Shown here one piece after another: positions 48,223 through 61,250 of a DNA stretch of 64,000 nucleotides (its first letter is position 1; each line of letters starts with the position of its first letter). The notes under the pieces were generated by a model. The model was given only the letters and a program-made list of their open reading frames with translations. It was not told where the DNA came from and did no database searches. The DNA is from the human T2T-CHM13v2.0 reference genome, Homo sapiens. The stretch lies in assembly GCF_009914755.1 (NCBI RefSeq), contig NC_060932.1; one strand, 5' to 3'. The translations under genes and the position numbers were made by a program.

Positions 48223-50679
48223 AAAAACACTAAATGTGTATCATTGCAATACTAATTATCATAACCAGATCAGTGTTTTTAGGCCATTGATGGAGTTAAT
48301 GTTAACTGAGGCTTATTATTAACCAAAACAGAAATGGAAAAAAGGTGCTTGGCTATATCTTTCCAATTGCAGAACTAATTATAAGTAACATTTATTCAAT
48401 CAAAATATACCAAAGAACTTTTCTTATCCTTTCTCCTTTGGTTTCTCCCACTCCACAAGCTTTCCAGTGACCTTAGAAACACCCCCACACCATATGTCCA
48501 TCTCTAATTTCTTTCTTATCTCCCGAAAAACAGCCATCTCCGGGGCATTTTTAAATGTTTATATGTAAAGTGTTTAAAATATCAAGAAATATCTATCTTT
48601 TTAGAAAGTAAGAAAATATAAAAAATATAACTTATCATTTTTCCCTCGTGCATGCCCCCAACATTCATACATTCAATGCTATGCATAATAAGTGAACCAA
48701 TTCTAGCAAAAAGGATGGTCTCAACAGCCACACAATGGCACACTTATGTTCTGCAGCCCTTCGCAGGCATGCTTCAAACTAGCCATACATGTGTGTCCAC
48801 ATTTTGCTCCAGTGTAAACCTTATCTTCGCTCCACTTGAGCTGGCATACTGCTTTGAAATGTCTGTCAGATAATCATGAAGTGAAGCCAGTTGTAGGAGA
48901 AGGTGTAGAGAATTATAATTTGCTTGCTCCATGAAGGCCCCAAGGAGGTGCTCACAATTAAGCAGGCATCAGAGGAAACACATATATTTACTAATACATT
49001 GAAGAACTTTTCACAATGGAGGTAGAATGCTTAATCAGGCAATAAACTATTCAACTCAATGAAAATGCAGAACTGGGAGGTTCACACAAACAAACAAAAA
49101 ACAGTGCAATAATTAAGGAGTAATTTTAACTCAAAACAATCTTAATTTAAGGAGAAACTTAAAGCTGGTGTCCCATATCCAGTATTTGAAACTGAACCCC
49201 CAAAAGTTGGGAATCTGGAAATCTGCACTTCTAGATCTGGCCTCTGGATGTGCTGTCTCCCCCAAGTTATCTGTTAGTTTGGACAACTACAACTCACTCC
49301 TCCTTTAAGGGAGATAGGACTGAAGTTTCTCAAAAGGAATTTCACCAAGAAATAAAAACATAGAAGAGATAGACATGAGACAAAAACAAAACAAAACAAA
49401 CACACAGACTCAAATGGCATTAAGGAGTGTGTGTGTATACATATATTTAATACTCACTACATACTATATATGTGCACATATAATGTTCAACATGATGTGT
49501 GAAGTATTATGCTAAAAATGTACACATATTGTTCTTCATGCAACAAAAATTGAATTTAACTACTGTTATAAGCACTGGGGAAACAGCTTTGTATTTGAGT
49601 TGGGGAGACAGGAAATCATACAGTAAGCAAACAATCAGTTTGAAGAAAAATAGAGTGACTGGAGTATTATTTTAGAAGGCCTGTTAAGTAAAGGCCTCCA
49701 TGGGATGTGACATGAGGCTGAGACCTGCATAAGCCAAGGCTGTAAACTCCACAGAGACAGGCAAGGGGCAAATGCTAAGGCTTAGCCCTCTGGGGCAAGT
49801 CATTTTTATCACACCCACTTTATGTATGGGGAAAACAGGGCTCACAGGGGAGCAAAATGGCTTCTCTGAGATTCTATGGCCAAGAAGCAGCATGAACAGC
49901 CATATAGCTGATGGGCTGTTCTACTTAGATTATTTCCTCTCCAGTTGGTTTTACCCAACTCCTGTCCAGGCCGCATCCTTTCCATTGCTCTGTCATTTTT
50001 TAGTCTCATTTCCTCTCCCCAAGAGACTGGTAATTCCTCTTTTAAACCTTCTCTAACTCTCATAGGAAGAAAACTTAATGACAGCAGTCGGCACTAACCT
50101 CTTTCAGAGGGAGTGCTACTTTATGCCTGCATCTGCTCTCCCTTCCCACCTGTAAGTCCTTGAGGGGAAGAGAGGGAGTGGTATCATTTACCTTTGCAGA
50201 GCAGGCAACTAGCACAGCCCTTTGCATAGAAGCAATTAAGAAGTGAACTTGTAAGAAGTATTTGAGGGAAGGATGGAGAAAAGAAGGAAAAAAAGGAAGG
50301 GAGAAAGATTTTTAGTTCTGGATGTAATACAATTTAGAAAATGAGAATAAGAGATTGCAGAGAAAAATGAAGGTAGCTTCACACAATTTCTAGACTTCTT
50401 ATTAGCATTGTGTTATCTTTGTTTCTTATTTAAATGCATTTAGTACAAATGCATTTTTCAACATCTTAAATTACACAAGGAAGAAACTCCAATTTGAGGC
50501 TATCAGTAAAGGCAGCAATGGCAAAGGGAGAGGTACAAGGGACCCTCCTGGTCTCCTAAAATCATACCACATGGGTGGTACTAACTCTGAATGTTAGATC
50601 AATGTACATTATTACACCTGCTTATGAGGGAACAGTTAGCTTCCCTGTGGGTAACTGCTATTTGTGTCCCAAGTTTCAG

Positions 50680-50918
50680 AGGCAGCACAGGGAATATGTA
50701 AATCCAGGAGCTCTAGAGTCAAATTCCCTGGCTTTGTATTCCTCTTCCTGGTTTAGCAGCCAGGGGAGCCTCTCCTCCTGTTTCCCTATCTTTTCAGTGA
50801 TGATGCTCACAGCACCCACCCCAATGAGGTTGCAGTGATGATTAAATGAGTGAACACACATAAAGTACTTAGATGGGTGTATGGCACCTGGCAAGGACCC
50901 AGTGCAAGTTAGCTGCTA
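50680..50918 (+). mobile_element. MIR SINE
   Basis: GCTCTAGAGTCAAATTCCCTGG...GAGGTTGCAGTGATGATTAAATGAG...AAAGTACTTAG...CCTGGCA. Confidence 0.7.
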
Positions 50919-52722
50919 ATATGGTACTTCCTAAATAAATAAAATCATGACAAAGTATACTGGGGTAAACATATGTAATTTGGAGAGAAGGAAGTGTCAG
51001 TATTTTTATTACCATCATTCATCACAGTCTCTGGAGATGAAAAGGTTACAACAATTTCTGGAAGTTATAGATAGAAGACTTGTTCATGTCCTCTCACTTT
51101 TCAGCTGCTTCCTACAGCTTTTAGAGGGGTCAATGGCCTGAGATGTTCTGCAATGTCCTTTTCTACATGCTAAACTACTTATTTGTCAGTGTTCATTTTT
51201 TTCTATTGTTTTCATCCATAAAGAATGATGACGAGTACGTGGATTGTGCATAAAGGCAGCGTGCTCACATGATCCTTGATCACTGATGTCTTAACGCTTG
51301 AATTAAAAAAGGAGGAGGAGTTCTGACTGGACTTCTCCTGTCTCCATGATAATATCAGAGGTGGAATGTAAACAATGAATGTTCTTGACCCTTTTAATAA
51401 CCCAAATCCTGAGGTTATTCATGTGTCCCTACTAGAATTTCAAAGATGTGCAGACTTCCTTGGGAATGATAACCGTCTTAAATTATAAACATAGATCCTG
51501 AAGAAACGTTTCAGAAAGGATAAAAATAAAAACAGGACTGCTTTTAACGCCTGAACTAACGGCTTGAGCAGTTTCCATGTCTGGAGTGGAAGTATTAAAA
51601 ACGCAAAGATGTCTTGCCTTTTCTTACCAACCTACCGCCAAGAACCCAGGAGGGCAGCAGTGGGCTAGAAACAGGGTTTCTGTGCCAAATTCTGAAAACA
51701 GCCTTTTCTGAGATAATTGGCCTGCAGGCTTGTTCCCTGTTCTGGTGTGCTTTTGAGCTCCTTGCGCAGTTCCACCAGGTACAACAAATGCGCCCATAAA
51801 ATCTGTCTTTGAGCCCTGATGAAATTTCATCCTCTGCAGAACGCCTCCGCTCTGTTTTATTAGGTGGGAGAGAGCAGGAGAGTTTCCACAGGATTCAGAG
51901 AGAGTTTGTCCGTATCTTAACTATCCGAGATCTTCTTTCCAAATCCTTCTCAATTTATTTCTGTGAAGATATATTTATACCTATTCCGGAAACCTTCTGC
52001 ATTTCTAGAAAAAGCTACGCATCTTCTTCTTCCTCGACTTCTCTTTTCTCCCTCCCGGTGAGGATTTCAAAGGGTATGTGAGAAAAGAACCTTAAGCCAG
52101 GTCTCCCCGCGGCGTCCTGGCTAGTCCCGGCGCCCTGGGCGGGTGCATCGCTCCGCCGCAGCGCCCCTTGCCACCCAACTCTGTCCAACTTTCCCTTTCA
52201 GACTCCAGCAGGGGCGCCCTCCAGGCAACCGGCTGTGGCGGGCAGAAGCAAGCTCGGATGGGAGACCCCCGAGCTGCGTGCCCAGCGCCGGCTCAACAGA
52301 CTTGCCCGCGCAGCGCCCGCGGGCCCCCTCGCATCCGGGCAGGTTCCGGAGCTGGGCCTTGCGCTCCCCGGCGCCCGCCCACCCTGGGTGTCTCGCGTCC
52401 CGGCCCTTCCTCCCCGGAACCCAAGCTAACCCAACTCCCATCCTCGCCACCTCTGGGGCAGCTCAACTAAGCCGTGTCCCCTCCCTTGCAAACGCGTCCG
52501 ACCACCCTCCCAACCCCCAGCGCAACCCTCAGCAAGAAAGCCCAGCTGGGTCTACCCAGTTACACCGGTCAACGAGGGTCTCCATCGCCGCCGGCCGCCC
52601 TAATTCACGCTCATTCATATTCATTCTCTTTTCTCTCTGTCCCTCTTCCTTTCTCCCCAAAGACTCTTAACTAGACAGGCCGATCCTCCCCAGCGGCACT
52701 CCCTTTCATTCTTCCCTTCCCA

Positions 52723-52748
52723 CCACACACACACACACACACACACAC
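52723..52748. repeat. (CA)n microsatellite in promoter
   Basis: Uninterrupted CA run of about 13 units, ~400 bp upstream of the ATG. Confidence 0.95.
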
Positions 52749-53141
52749 CCGGACCCAGACAGCCCACTCCACTTTCCAGACGCCCACCTCCTACATACTC
52801 CCCTCCCCTAAACAGACATTCACCCACTCGCCATCTGTAGCCTCCTTCCAACCCCCCGCCCCGCCCGCCTGGCTCCCCCTCCCCAAGAAATAGACCTGCA
52901 CAGTGGGACGCAGGGACCCCCGCCAGACGCTCGGGTCGTGCGCACCGCACTGACCTCGGCCCGCCCCGCCAGGAAACTAACAAAGGCGGGCGCGAGCCCC
53001 GAGCCCTGGAGCCGCGAGCGGCGGCCGCGGGGCCGAGGAGCCTGGGCCGGGCCGGGCGGGGACTACTCCGGAGTCAGGAGGCAGCAGCGGCGGAGGACGA
53101 GGATCTCTGGCAGTCAGCGCGGCTCGGACGCCGCCGGCACC

Positions 53142-53195
53142 ATGGGCTGCTGCACCGGACGCTGCTCGCTCATCTGCCTCTGCGCGCTGCAGTTG
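53142..53195 (+). CDS. NKAIN3: Na+/K+-ATPase-interacting protein 3, coding part of exon 1 (partial CDS; intron 1 extends beyond the window)
   Basis: Strong Kozak GGCACCATGG; 18 codons MGCCTGRCSLICLCALQL; phase-0 donor TTG|GTGAGT at 53195/53196. The N-terminus matches NKAIN3 as I recall it, not NKAIN1 (MGKCSG), NKAIN2 (MGYCSG) or NKAIN4 (MGSCSG). Confidence 0.93.
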
Positions 53196-54849
53196 GTGAG
53201 TGCCCCGAGGGCCCCTGCCCCAGGACAGGTCCCTGCTCCAGGACCGGCCTCTGCGACTCCCTCTGCGGTTCCGCAGCTCCCGGCAAGGGGCGAACGGGTG
53301 AACAGGGCGCTCCGCCCGCCTCCCACCCTCCCCACCGACTGGCTGGGCTCGCACTGCTCTCCAGCCGCGGGCACTCGCCAGGTCGCCCCTGCCCTGCAGG
53401 AGGGCGCGGTCTCACCCCCGGTCCCATGCGCTGGGGTTCGCCGCGCTCCCGCCGGGCGTCGCCACGCGGTCCAGGGGCCAGGAGCCGGCGGAGTGAGCGA
53501 TTTTCCCGCCCCTTGATCCGATACCTGGTTTAGCACCCTCCGCGTTCGTGCTGAAGTTACACGGGGACTTGCGGGCTCTTTCTTCTTAGGATGATTTCCA
53601 GGAATGTTGCTTAATTACACTGTGTGGGAATGCCCAGGTTCTGAGGAGACAGAAGCTGCCTCAACTCTGTTAGTGAAGAGTGAGGTGGTTCTAACCTTAA
53701 GCAGGTTGAAAAGTGATGGTTAAGGAGTCTGGGACCTCCAGGAAGGAGATCAGGCTGTGTGCTTCAGCCCCTGCCCTTCCAGTTCCGCTTTGGATTTTGT
53801 TGAAATGTTGCATGTTCAGGCGGCGACAGACTGACAGCTGTCATCAAGGAGAGAACAGAGTGAACCGGCTCCATTGGCGCGGTGCCTTGCAGAGGGAGTG
53901 TGTGTAATGGGAAGTTAGAAACTAGAGTGGGGAAAAAAGGCCCTTTCAGAGCAGAGCAAATGCTCCTCTTAATCCCTTTGGATCCTGGACTGGCTCTGTG
54001 GTCTATTCCATGGTCACTTGAGGTCAAGGCCACAGACCTTTTGAGTCAGACTTTTGTGTGTGAGAGATTAATAGACATCTCCCTTGCGTTATACTTCAGA
54101 CAGATTCTGAGTGCTCTGCCAAGCTTTCTTCCAAGCATTGTATTTTTTTTCGAGTCACAAATATAAACTAGTATATTTTGACAAGTGAGAGGAAAAAGCT
54201 TGCAATGAACTTTACTTAGTAATGTCATCCCTTGCAAGACTTATTAACTGAGGGATAAAATCGTGCTTTTTAGTAGTTAGTCCTTGTTTACATGAAGGCT
54301 TTAGAATGTTTTCACTTTTCTCTTGCCTCAGTGTTCCAGTCTCCCATGAAAACCTCACTTTGGATGTGCCCTTCATTGTTCACATAATGCATGCATAATT
54401 TATGTATTCGTAGGTTTGAAATCAGTGACTTTTTAAGCCTATTGGATAGTGCCTTCTGTCTTGTGAAATACTTGAATCAAACATATTTTATAGTTTCTTG
54501 AAAAAAATTTTAAAAATTTAAAACAATATGAATGTTTTCTTTCACTAAGAAAAGAAGGCAGGAGCTTGATTTGTATTTTGGTTTTCAGAAATGGACATGG
54601 CTTATAAGTTGGAAAAACTGACTAAACATTGAGTCAACCCTTGATTCAATGTAAGATTATAGATAGGCACGCTGGATTGCATAATCTATAATGCCTAATT
54701 TCTATTTTACATGGAAATAACAAGTAAGGTTTTTATGTAGCAGATTTATCAATGCAATTATGATTTTCTTAACAGGCATTGTGATGATAATGTTTTTGAG
54801 ATTTCATCCATCAGCCAAGCATGCCCCTTCTTTCCACTTTCTTAGTTGA

Positions 54850-55140
54850 TACAAATGCAACTTATTTGTCAAAGCTTATCTTAAAATTCCATTTTTTAAT
54901 GAAGTCTTCCTTGGTGCTCCAGGTAAAATCCCTTACATTCCTATAATCTCATAGCACTTCGCTTTTTCCTCTGTTATAAAACATTTGATACACTCTTAAA
55001 TAATTTTAAGTTATTTACACATATTTCTCACCACTAGATTGTAAGCAACTTGAGGGTAGGGACCATAGTACTAGTGATCTTTACAAACTCTGCAAGTTCT
55101 TAGAGCTCATATTAGGAGCTGAAACATATTTGCTGAATTT
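54850..55140 (+). mobile_element. L2 3' fragment
   Basis: CACTAGATTGTAAGCAACTTGAGGGTAGGGACCAT...ATATTTGCTGAAT. Confidence 0.65.
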
Positions 55141-55309
55141 TTGATAATACATAACATTTGCAATCCATACAGGACTTTGACATAAACATTTCTTTTGACT
55201 TTTAAAACTATCCTGTGAGGTAGATACTCATTTCATTTGTTTGCAGGTGAGGAAGTTGATATTCATAAACAGTTTTTCCATAATCAAGAGTTTTTGGATG
55301 GTAGAAATA

Positions 55310-56152
55310 TTGGGGTGATGGTAAGCATTTAACAACTGGATTGTAAACAAAACAAATGTATATATTACATTATAATAGCATACAAGATAATCTTCTCTAT
55401 GTAAAAGATGTGTAGCTCTCTGTTGACAAATGATAGCAATAGTAAAATATGTAATAGTCTTTAGTGTGAATTCCATACAGCCATTCAATTTTGGCAGAAT
55501 CTTTTTGCTGAGTTTGAAAAACTCTTGGTTTTATAAATCTGACATGAATGCTGGTGAATATTTTTGTATGCTTTAAGAAAAAAGAGGAAAGTGAAAATTT
55601 GAAGAAAATATTCGAACTTTACTTCATCAATTACATGAAAAGATTCTTGGCTGAATTGGATAATAGTTTTTAAATACTTAAAAATTATTTCCTCAGTTTC
55701 TTTCATAGCTATTGACAATGTAATGTCTATAGACATGACACACTTTTAGGTTTAATATGCATTATTTAAAATATTTCTCCATTATTTAAAAAGCCTAGAC
55801 AATCAACAAAACAGTAAGCAACCGCTGATTTGTGGGGTTTGCCAAATTCTTTGGTGTAAATACTCCCATCACGACCAATTTCAAGTATACTTTATATAGC
55901 ATTTCCGTCATATACATAAGATAGGCCTAACCTCAAAAGCATTGGTAAAGTAAAACACAGCAAAATAATTAGGAAGGAATAACTGTTAACTATTCAGTAC
56001 CTTGGTTTTTAGTAGGATTTCTTTAAATTTAAGTTTGCATAATTTAATTTTTAATAATGGCTGTATTTAACAACTGGCTCACAAAATTCCTAAAAATCTA
56101 ACAAAACCAATTCTAACTCTGAGCCCGTATAAGCCTGCTTCAGCATATCATA
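55310..56152 (-). mobile_element. MER63 hAT-Blackjack element
   Basis: GGTGTAAATACTCCCA...ATTTCAAG and TTTTAATAATGGCTGTATTTAACAACTGGCTCACAAAATTCC match antisense MER63. ATTTAACAACTGG occurs near both ends. Confidence 0.7.
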
Positions 56153-57360
56153 GGATAGGGATCCCTGTTTCCTAGATCTGGTGCACTTTCTACTGAAACC
56201 AACTGTTTTTTTTTTGCTCTTTTATGTTTTTTTCTGCTTCCACCAACTGTCAGACAATGGAGATTATGAGGCAGTGAACTAGTGAGGGTGTTGAAAGGGG
56301 ATGGCGTTGGGAGAACACATCTGCTGAAGACAATCTACATGCTCATGACTAAGGCTTAACTGGGAGGTCATCACATAGATGATACATTAGTTCCTCCTAA
56401 AAGTTAAAGAAACAAATAAAAGCTTTTCGTTATCTTATTCCCATTTTGTCTGAACTACTGTCTGGAGTGGGAAAATAAAAACTCAAATTGGGAAATTTAC
56501 TTGGAGAAAACATATCCTTTTCAAGCTAGTATCTGTGGATGAGTTTCGGTTTGCAAAATCTCAGTCATTTTCTACTTTTTTCACTCCACTGCTCTGGCTG
56601 TCTTTCATCATTAGTTTTTCTCTAGGCTTCTGCCCTCAAGATGTTTGCCTCATGGTTTTCATTTGTGATCCTCCTGATTTCCTAGATGAAATTAAAGAGA
56701 AAGTGAAAAGTATGAATACAGGCCCATCAAAAACGATGTGAAATAATTTTTTTTAAAGAAGTGATTCATTACTGTGTCACTGATTCATCTAGTCATCCAA
56801 GAGCCTTTAGTACATTTTTTTTGTAAGGATACTTTCAGTTTTGCTTGTTTTATAATACTGTATATACTTATCATTAGATATGTGTAATTTATACATAAAA
56901 AGAAGCACTTGATCATGTGCTTTTAGCACATTCTTTTCAGGTACCACATTTAAATAAACCTTAATTGCATGGTTTCAAAGTCTGACATGCCACATCTCAT
57001 TTCAGAGCCATTTTCTGAGAGTAGCCTCAGTGAAGCACTGAACTAATTTTGGCAGGCATTGTTCCCACAGAGCTTTAGACATCTTCCCAACCTCACAGAG
57101 GTCGGACTCTGGCAAGTTCAATGTAACTTTGGCATGTTCAACACATCTTCGTCTCAGGATGTTATTATTACCCATGGACATTCATTGCACCTTTCATCAC
57201 TTCAAGGTGAAATTCTTATTACTATTAGACCTAGGAATAAGGGAAACAAAACTCAAAACTCTCACCAGACATATCTGTGGTACCAGAAACCCTACAAGAT
57301 TTAGAGAAAATAGGCAGCTTCTAACTCATAGATGTATATTTTTTATTGTAGAGAACATCT

Positions 57361-57674
57361 GACTGGGTACAGTGGCTTATGCCTGTAATCCTAGCACTTT
57401 GGGAAGCCAAGGTAGGAGGATTGCTTGAGTCCAGGAGTTCCAGATCAGTCTGGGCAACATAGCGAAACCTCATCTCTACAAAAAATTTTAGCCAGGTGTG
57501 GTGAGTTGTGCCTCTAGCCCCAGCTACTTGGGAAGCTGAGGTGGGAGGATTGCTTGAGCCCAGGAGATCGAGACTGCAGTGTACTATGATGCCACCACTC
57601 ACTCCAACATGGGAGACAGAGTGACACTCTCTATCTAAAAAGAAAGAAATACATAAGTAAATAAATAAATAAAT
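57361..57674 (+). mobile_element. AluJ SINE
   Basis: GGAGGATTGCTTGAG in both arms, (TAAA)n tail, TSD AGAGAACAT. Confidence 0.93.
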
Positions 57675-58218
57675 AGAGAACATTCTCTCAAAGAAAATCA
57701 GCATTTTTTCTCACAGTGGAAACGAAGTTTAGTTAACTTCCTTTCCATACCACATTCAAACCATCTGTGAGCAAAGCACCTATGACACTAGAATGCTGAG
57801 ATAAATGTGTTAAGAGGTGTCTGTAGGGGGGTGGTGTAGCTGTGGTAACATGTTTTTAACTAAGCTCTATGAAAGGTGCAGCTCACCTGTCGTAGATATT
57901 GGACAGCGAATGCTGAAATATATTTCTTTTACTATGTATTTATACTGATACTTTGGCTTTGACATGGTTTTAATAGTTCTTTTCTTCTCCTCTGCACTAT
58001 AATTATTAATCATTTTGTTTCCATTCTCTTTCTTTATTTCAATACCGTGGTTCATGCTATGAAACTTAAAGTTAGTGAAACTTAAAGGTTAGTGAAATTC
58101 AAATTTTGTCTACTAATGAGACTTGAGTTATACTGTGACTGGTATTGAAACCATTCTGCGTTGGCAAATACTGAAGGGTTACATCGTGAGTAACAAAATG
58201 AATTGTTGTGCTTGGGTA

Positions 58219-58221
<3 letters not shown>

Positions 58222-58260
<39 letters not shown>
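58222..58260. repeat. (TG)n microsatellite
   Basis: About 19 uninterrupted TG units. Confidence 0.97.
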
Positions 58261-58262
<2 letters not shown>

Positions 58263-59055
58263 GTCTAGCAGATGTGTTTGGATACATAAGGGTTCTGTTT
58301 TAGATACTTTAAGATTCTGAGACTTGAGGCCAAGTAGCTGTCAGGTACATGAGTGTGGAACCTAGAGGGCAAGCCTGGATTGCATATTTAGAATTAAGAA
58401 TCATGAACAATATTGGTATTTAAAAAGCCCTGGATGAGATCACCTTGGGAGAGAGAGTACATAGTTGAGACTAGAACCGAAAATAGGACTTAATACAAGG
58501 TGAGTAGAGAACAAGGAGCCAGCAAAGGATACAGAAGAAGAGGTTGGAAAGAATCAACTTACTTTAAAAATAGGGCTGACATTTCAAGATAAAAGTAAAA
58601 CAAAACACAAAAAACATAGAGCTGGAATCATTGGTAATAAAAAGGATATATGCCAATAAATAATTATTATCAAATTATATCTTTTGATTTTTTTTCTGAG
58701 AGGTTAAGAGCAAAACTATCATTTTAATAAAAATACATGAATTGTCATACTTTTGTATTCTGTCCTAGGAAGCCAGGTCTGTGGAAGCAAAGTCAACATA
58801 AGCAGTGATTTCCGTGGCATGTAAATCATGGTACAGCAAGAGAGTCATTTTATTTAATAAGAATTAATTAACAAATAATTTTATTAAATGTTTAGTAAAG
58901 TACTAAGCAGTCATTTAAATTAGTGTTAACATTAATACAGTTAACATGGATTAGTTGTAATAAATGACATAGACCCTTCAGTTAACAGAGCATTTTGTTT
59001 TTATGAACAATTGAGTAAATAGCAGAACACTCTGACAGCAAACTGCTGAGAAGAG

Positions 59056-59620
59056 TGTTATGGGAAGAATTTCGTCCTCTAAAAAGATACATTGAAGTCC
59101 TAACTCCCCATACCTCAGAATGTGATTTTATTTGGAAATGTGGTTTTTATAGAGGTTATTAAGCTAAAATGAAGCCATTAATTTCTTATGACTGATGGCA
59201 TTAAAACCAGGAAATTTGACACAAAGACAGAAAAGCACAGAGGAAAGACACTGGGAAGACACAGAGAGATAAAAATCACTCATTAAAAATAAAAATAAAA
59301 ATCAGAATGGAAAACACGCAATTGGGACGCTTTGGGGAAAAGATGACAGACAAGATGTTACTGAGCTAGAGAGACAGTAGACCTTCCCTTTTTTCCAAGG
59401 TGCCACATGAAGACTGAGGATTGGAGTGAGCCAGGGATTGCTGGCAAACCCATGGAAGCCAGGGAGAGGCAAGGAGGGAGTCCCCTACAGGCTTCAGAGG
59501 GAGTAGGCCCAGCTGACACCTGGATTTTGGATTTCTAGCCTCCAGAACTATGAGATAAGTTGCTCCTCTTGTTTTAAGCCACTTGGTTGTGATACAAGGA
59601 AACCCTAGGAACTTAATACA
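59056..59620 (+). mobile_element. MLT1B/C MaLR solo LTR carrying a ~130-bp foreign insert
   Basis: TGTTATGGG...GAAGTCCTAACTCCC...CTCAGAATGTGA...CTAGCCTCCAGAACT...CCCTAGGAACTTAATACA. Confidence 0.85.
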
Positions 59621-59864
59621 GAAAGAGAGCTAGTCTGGAGTATGTTTTAAGGTAGAACAAACCTAGGTTTAATTAAAACCACTTAAATGGTGAAAGAAAT
59701 GCTTATGTTCAATGTGCATGTGGATTTGGACTTACGGGTGGCAGAAGGTTGAGACCATGTCATGGCAGGAATAATTAGAGTCAAAGGGTTAAGTTCTCAG
59801 GCCAGCAGAGGCAATAGGCCAGGCCTGAGGACTCCTGGACAGTGCTGCCCTCATGGGAGTCTTT

Positions 59865-60030
59865 GGATCAGCAGTATCAGAATCACCCGGGGGAGCTTCT
59901 GAACAACAGTGGCTCAGGCTCACCAGGATCTATTGGATAGAAATATTTTGGAGAAGGGCTCAAGAGTCTCAAATTATTGAAAGCTCCTTGCATGATTCTG
60001 AGGTAGATCGAGGTTTGGGAACGTTTACTC
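59865..60030. mobile_element. MER5A-like hAT MITE
   Basis: ATCAGAATCACCCGGGGGAGCTT...TGATTCTGA...GGTTTGGGAAC. Confidence 0.55.
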
Positions 60031-60189
60031 AAATGAAGAGTTCCCTGGGTCAGAAGAACTTGAAGAGGAAAGACTGTGGATACTTCCTAAGGCTATTAGG
60101 AGCAAACCCAGTTTCTGAAGGTCAGTTGAGAGCCGAGTTAGCTGAGTTGCCACTCTAAATGTCCTTAGTTTTTAAGATTTTAGGACGGA

Positions 60190-60515
<326 letters not shown>

Positions 60516-61014
60516 TTAGAAGAGTTGCTTCTCTTATGGAAACTTAATGTCTATGATAGCATGGAATCATCCTAACAGGCTCTTCAAGGGCTGTGGTCTG
60601 TTATCAGAGGGAGTGTCGTGTTTCCCATCCTGAATAGGTCAGTCACTGAGACTGCCTGTCCTCTGCACATGTAGCATCTGGTGTATCTGCGGTAGGCTGT
60701 CTGCTCTTTTAGGTCGTAGGCTGGGTCAGGTTCAGAGCCTGGTCTGGAGAGGGAGTCCAGATAGAAGCCCCAGGAGGAAGTGGGTGAAGTGCCCCCTCAC
60801 AGCCCCTCTTGACATTGCATCTATTTCTTTAGTCCAGGACAGTAAAGATCACTTTGCTTTTATAAAAGTGCCTCAGGGCTCATACTGCATGGTTTCAAGG
60901 TTTACTTGAAGTAAATGGTTTCAACATTCCTTCTAGAGGACACACTAAAATGGTTTTAGACCATATTTGTGAGGCTGACGAATGTTCCTGTTTCTCTACT
61001 TTACAAACCAAATT

Positions 61015-61250
61015 TCTTATTTTTATTTTTAATTGGCAAATAATAATAGTATATACTTATGAGGTAATTTGATGTTTTGATATATGCATAAAATGTGTAA
61101 TAAAAAAACAAGCTAATTAACACATTCATCACCTCACGTATCATTTTTTTGTGGCAAGATATTTGAAATTTACTCCCTTGGCAATTTTGAAATATACAAT
61201 ACAGTATTATTAACTATAGTCACTATGCTGTGTAATAGATCTCAAACTAG
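61015..61250 (-). mobile_element. L1MA 3' end fragment
   Basis: AAGCTAATTAACACATTCATCACCTCAC...TTATTAACTATAGTCACTATGCTGTGTAATAGATCTC. Confidence 0.8.

Larger units (their letters stand above)
52105..53550 (+). promoter_or_regulatory. NKAIN3: CpG-island promoter of NKAIN3
   Basis: Abrupt shift to GC- and CpG-rich sequence spanning exon 1. GC boxes at ~52855-52867, ~52960-52970 and ~53054-53061. No clear TATA box; the TSS cannot be placed from sequence alone. Confidence 0.9.

Noticed and set aside
52121-53536. Multiple overlapping Pro/Arg/Gly-rich ORFs in the CpG island
   Set aside because: Expected from stop-codon scarcity in GC-rich DNA. Only the Kozak ATG with its donor matches a known protein.
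53110-53545. REST/NRSE-like motifs (TCAGCGCG...GGACGC; TTAGCACC)
   Set aside because: Only half-sites or poor matches to TTCAGCACCnnGGACAG.
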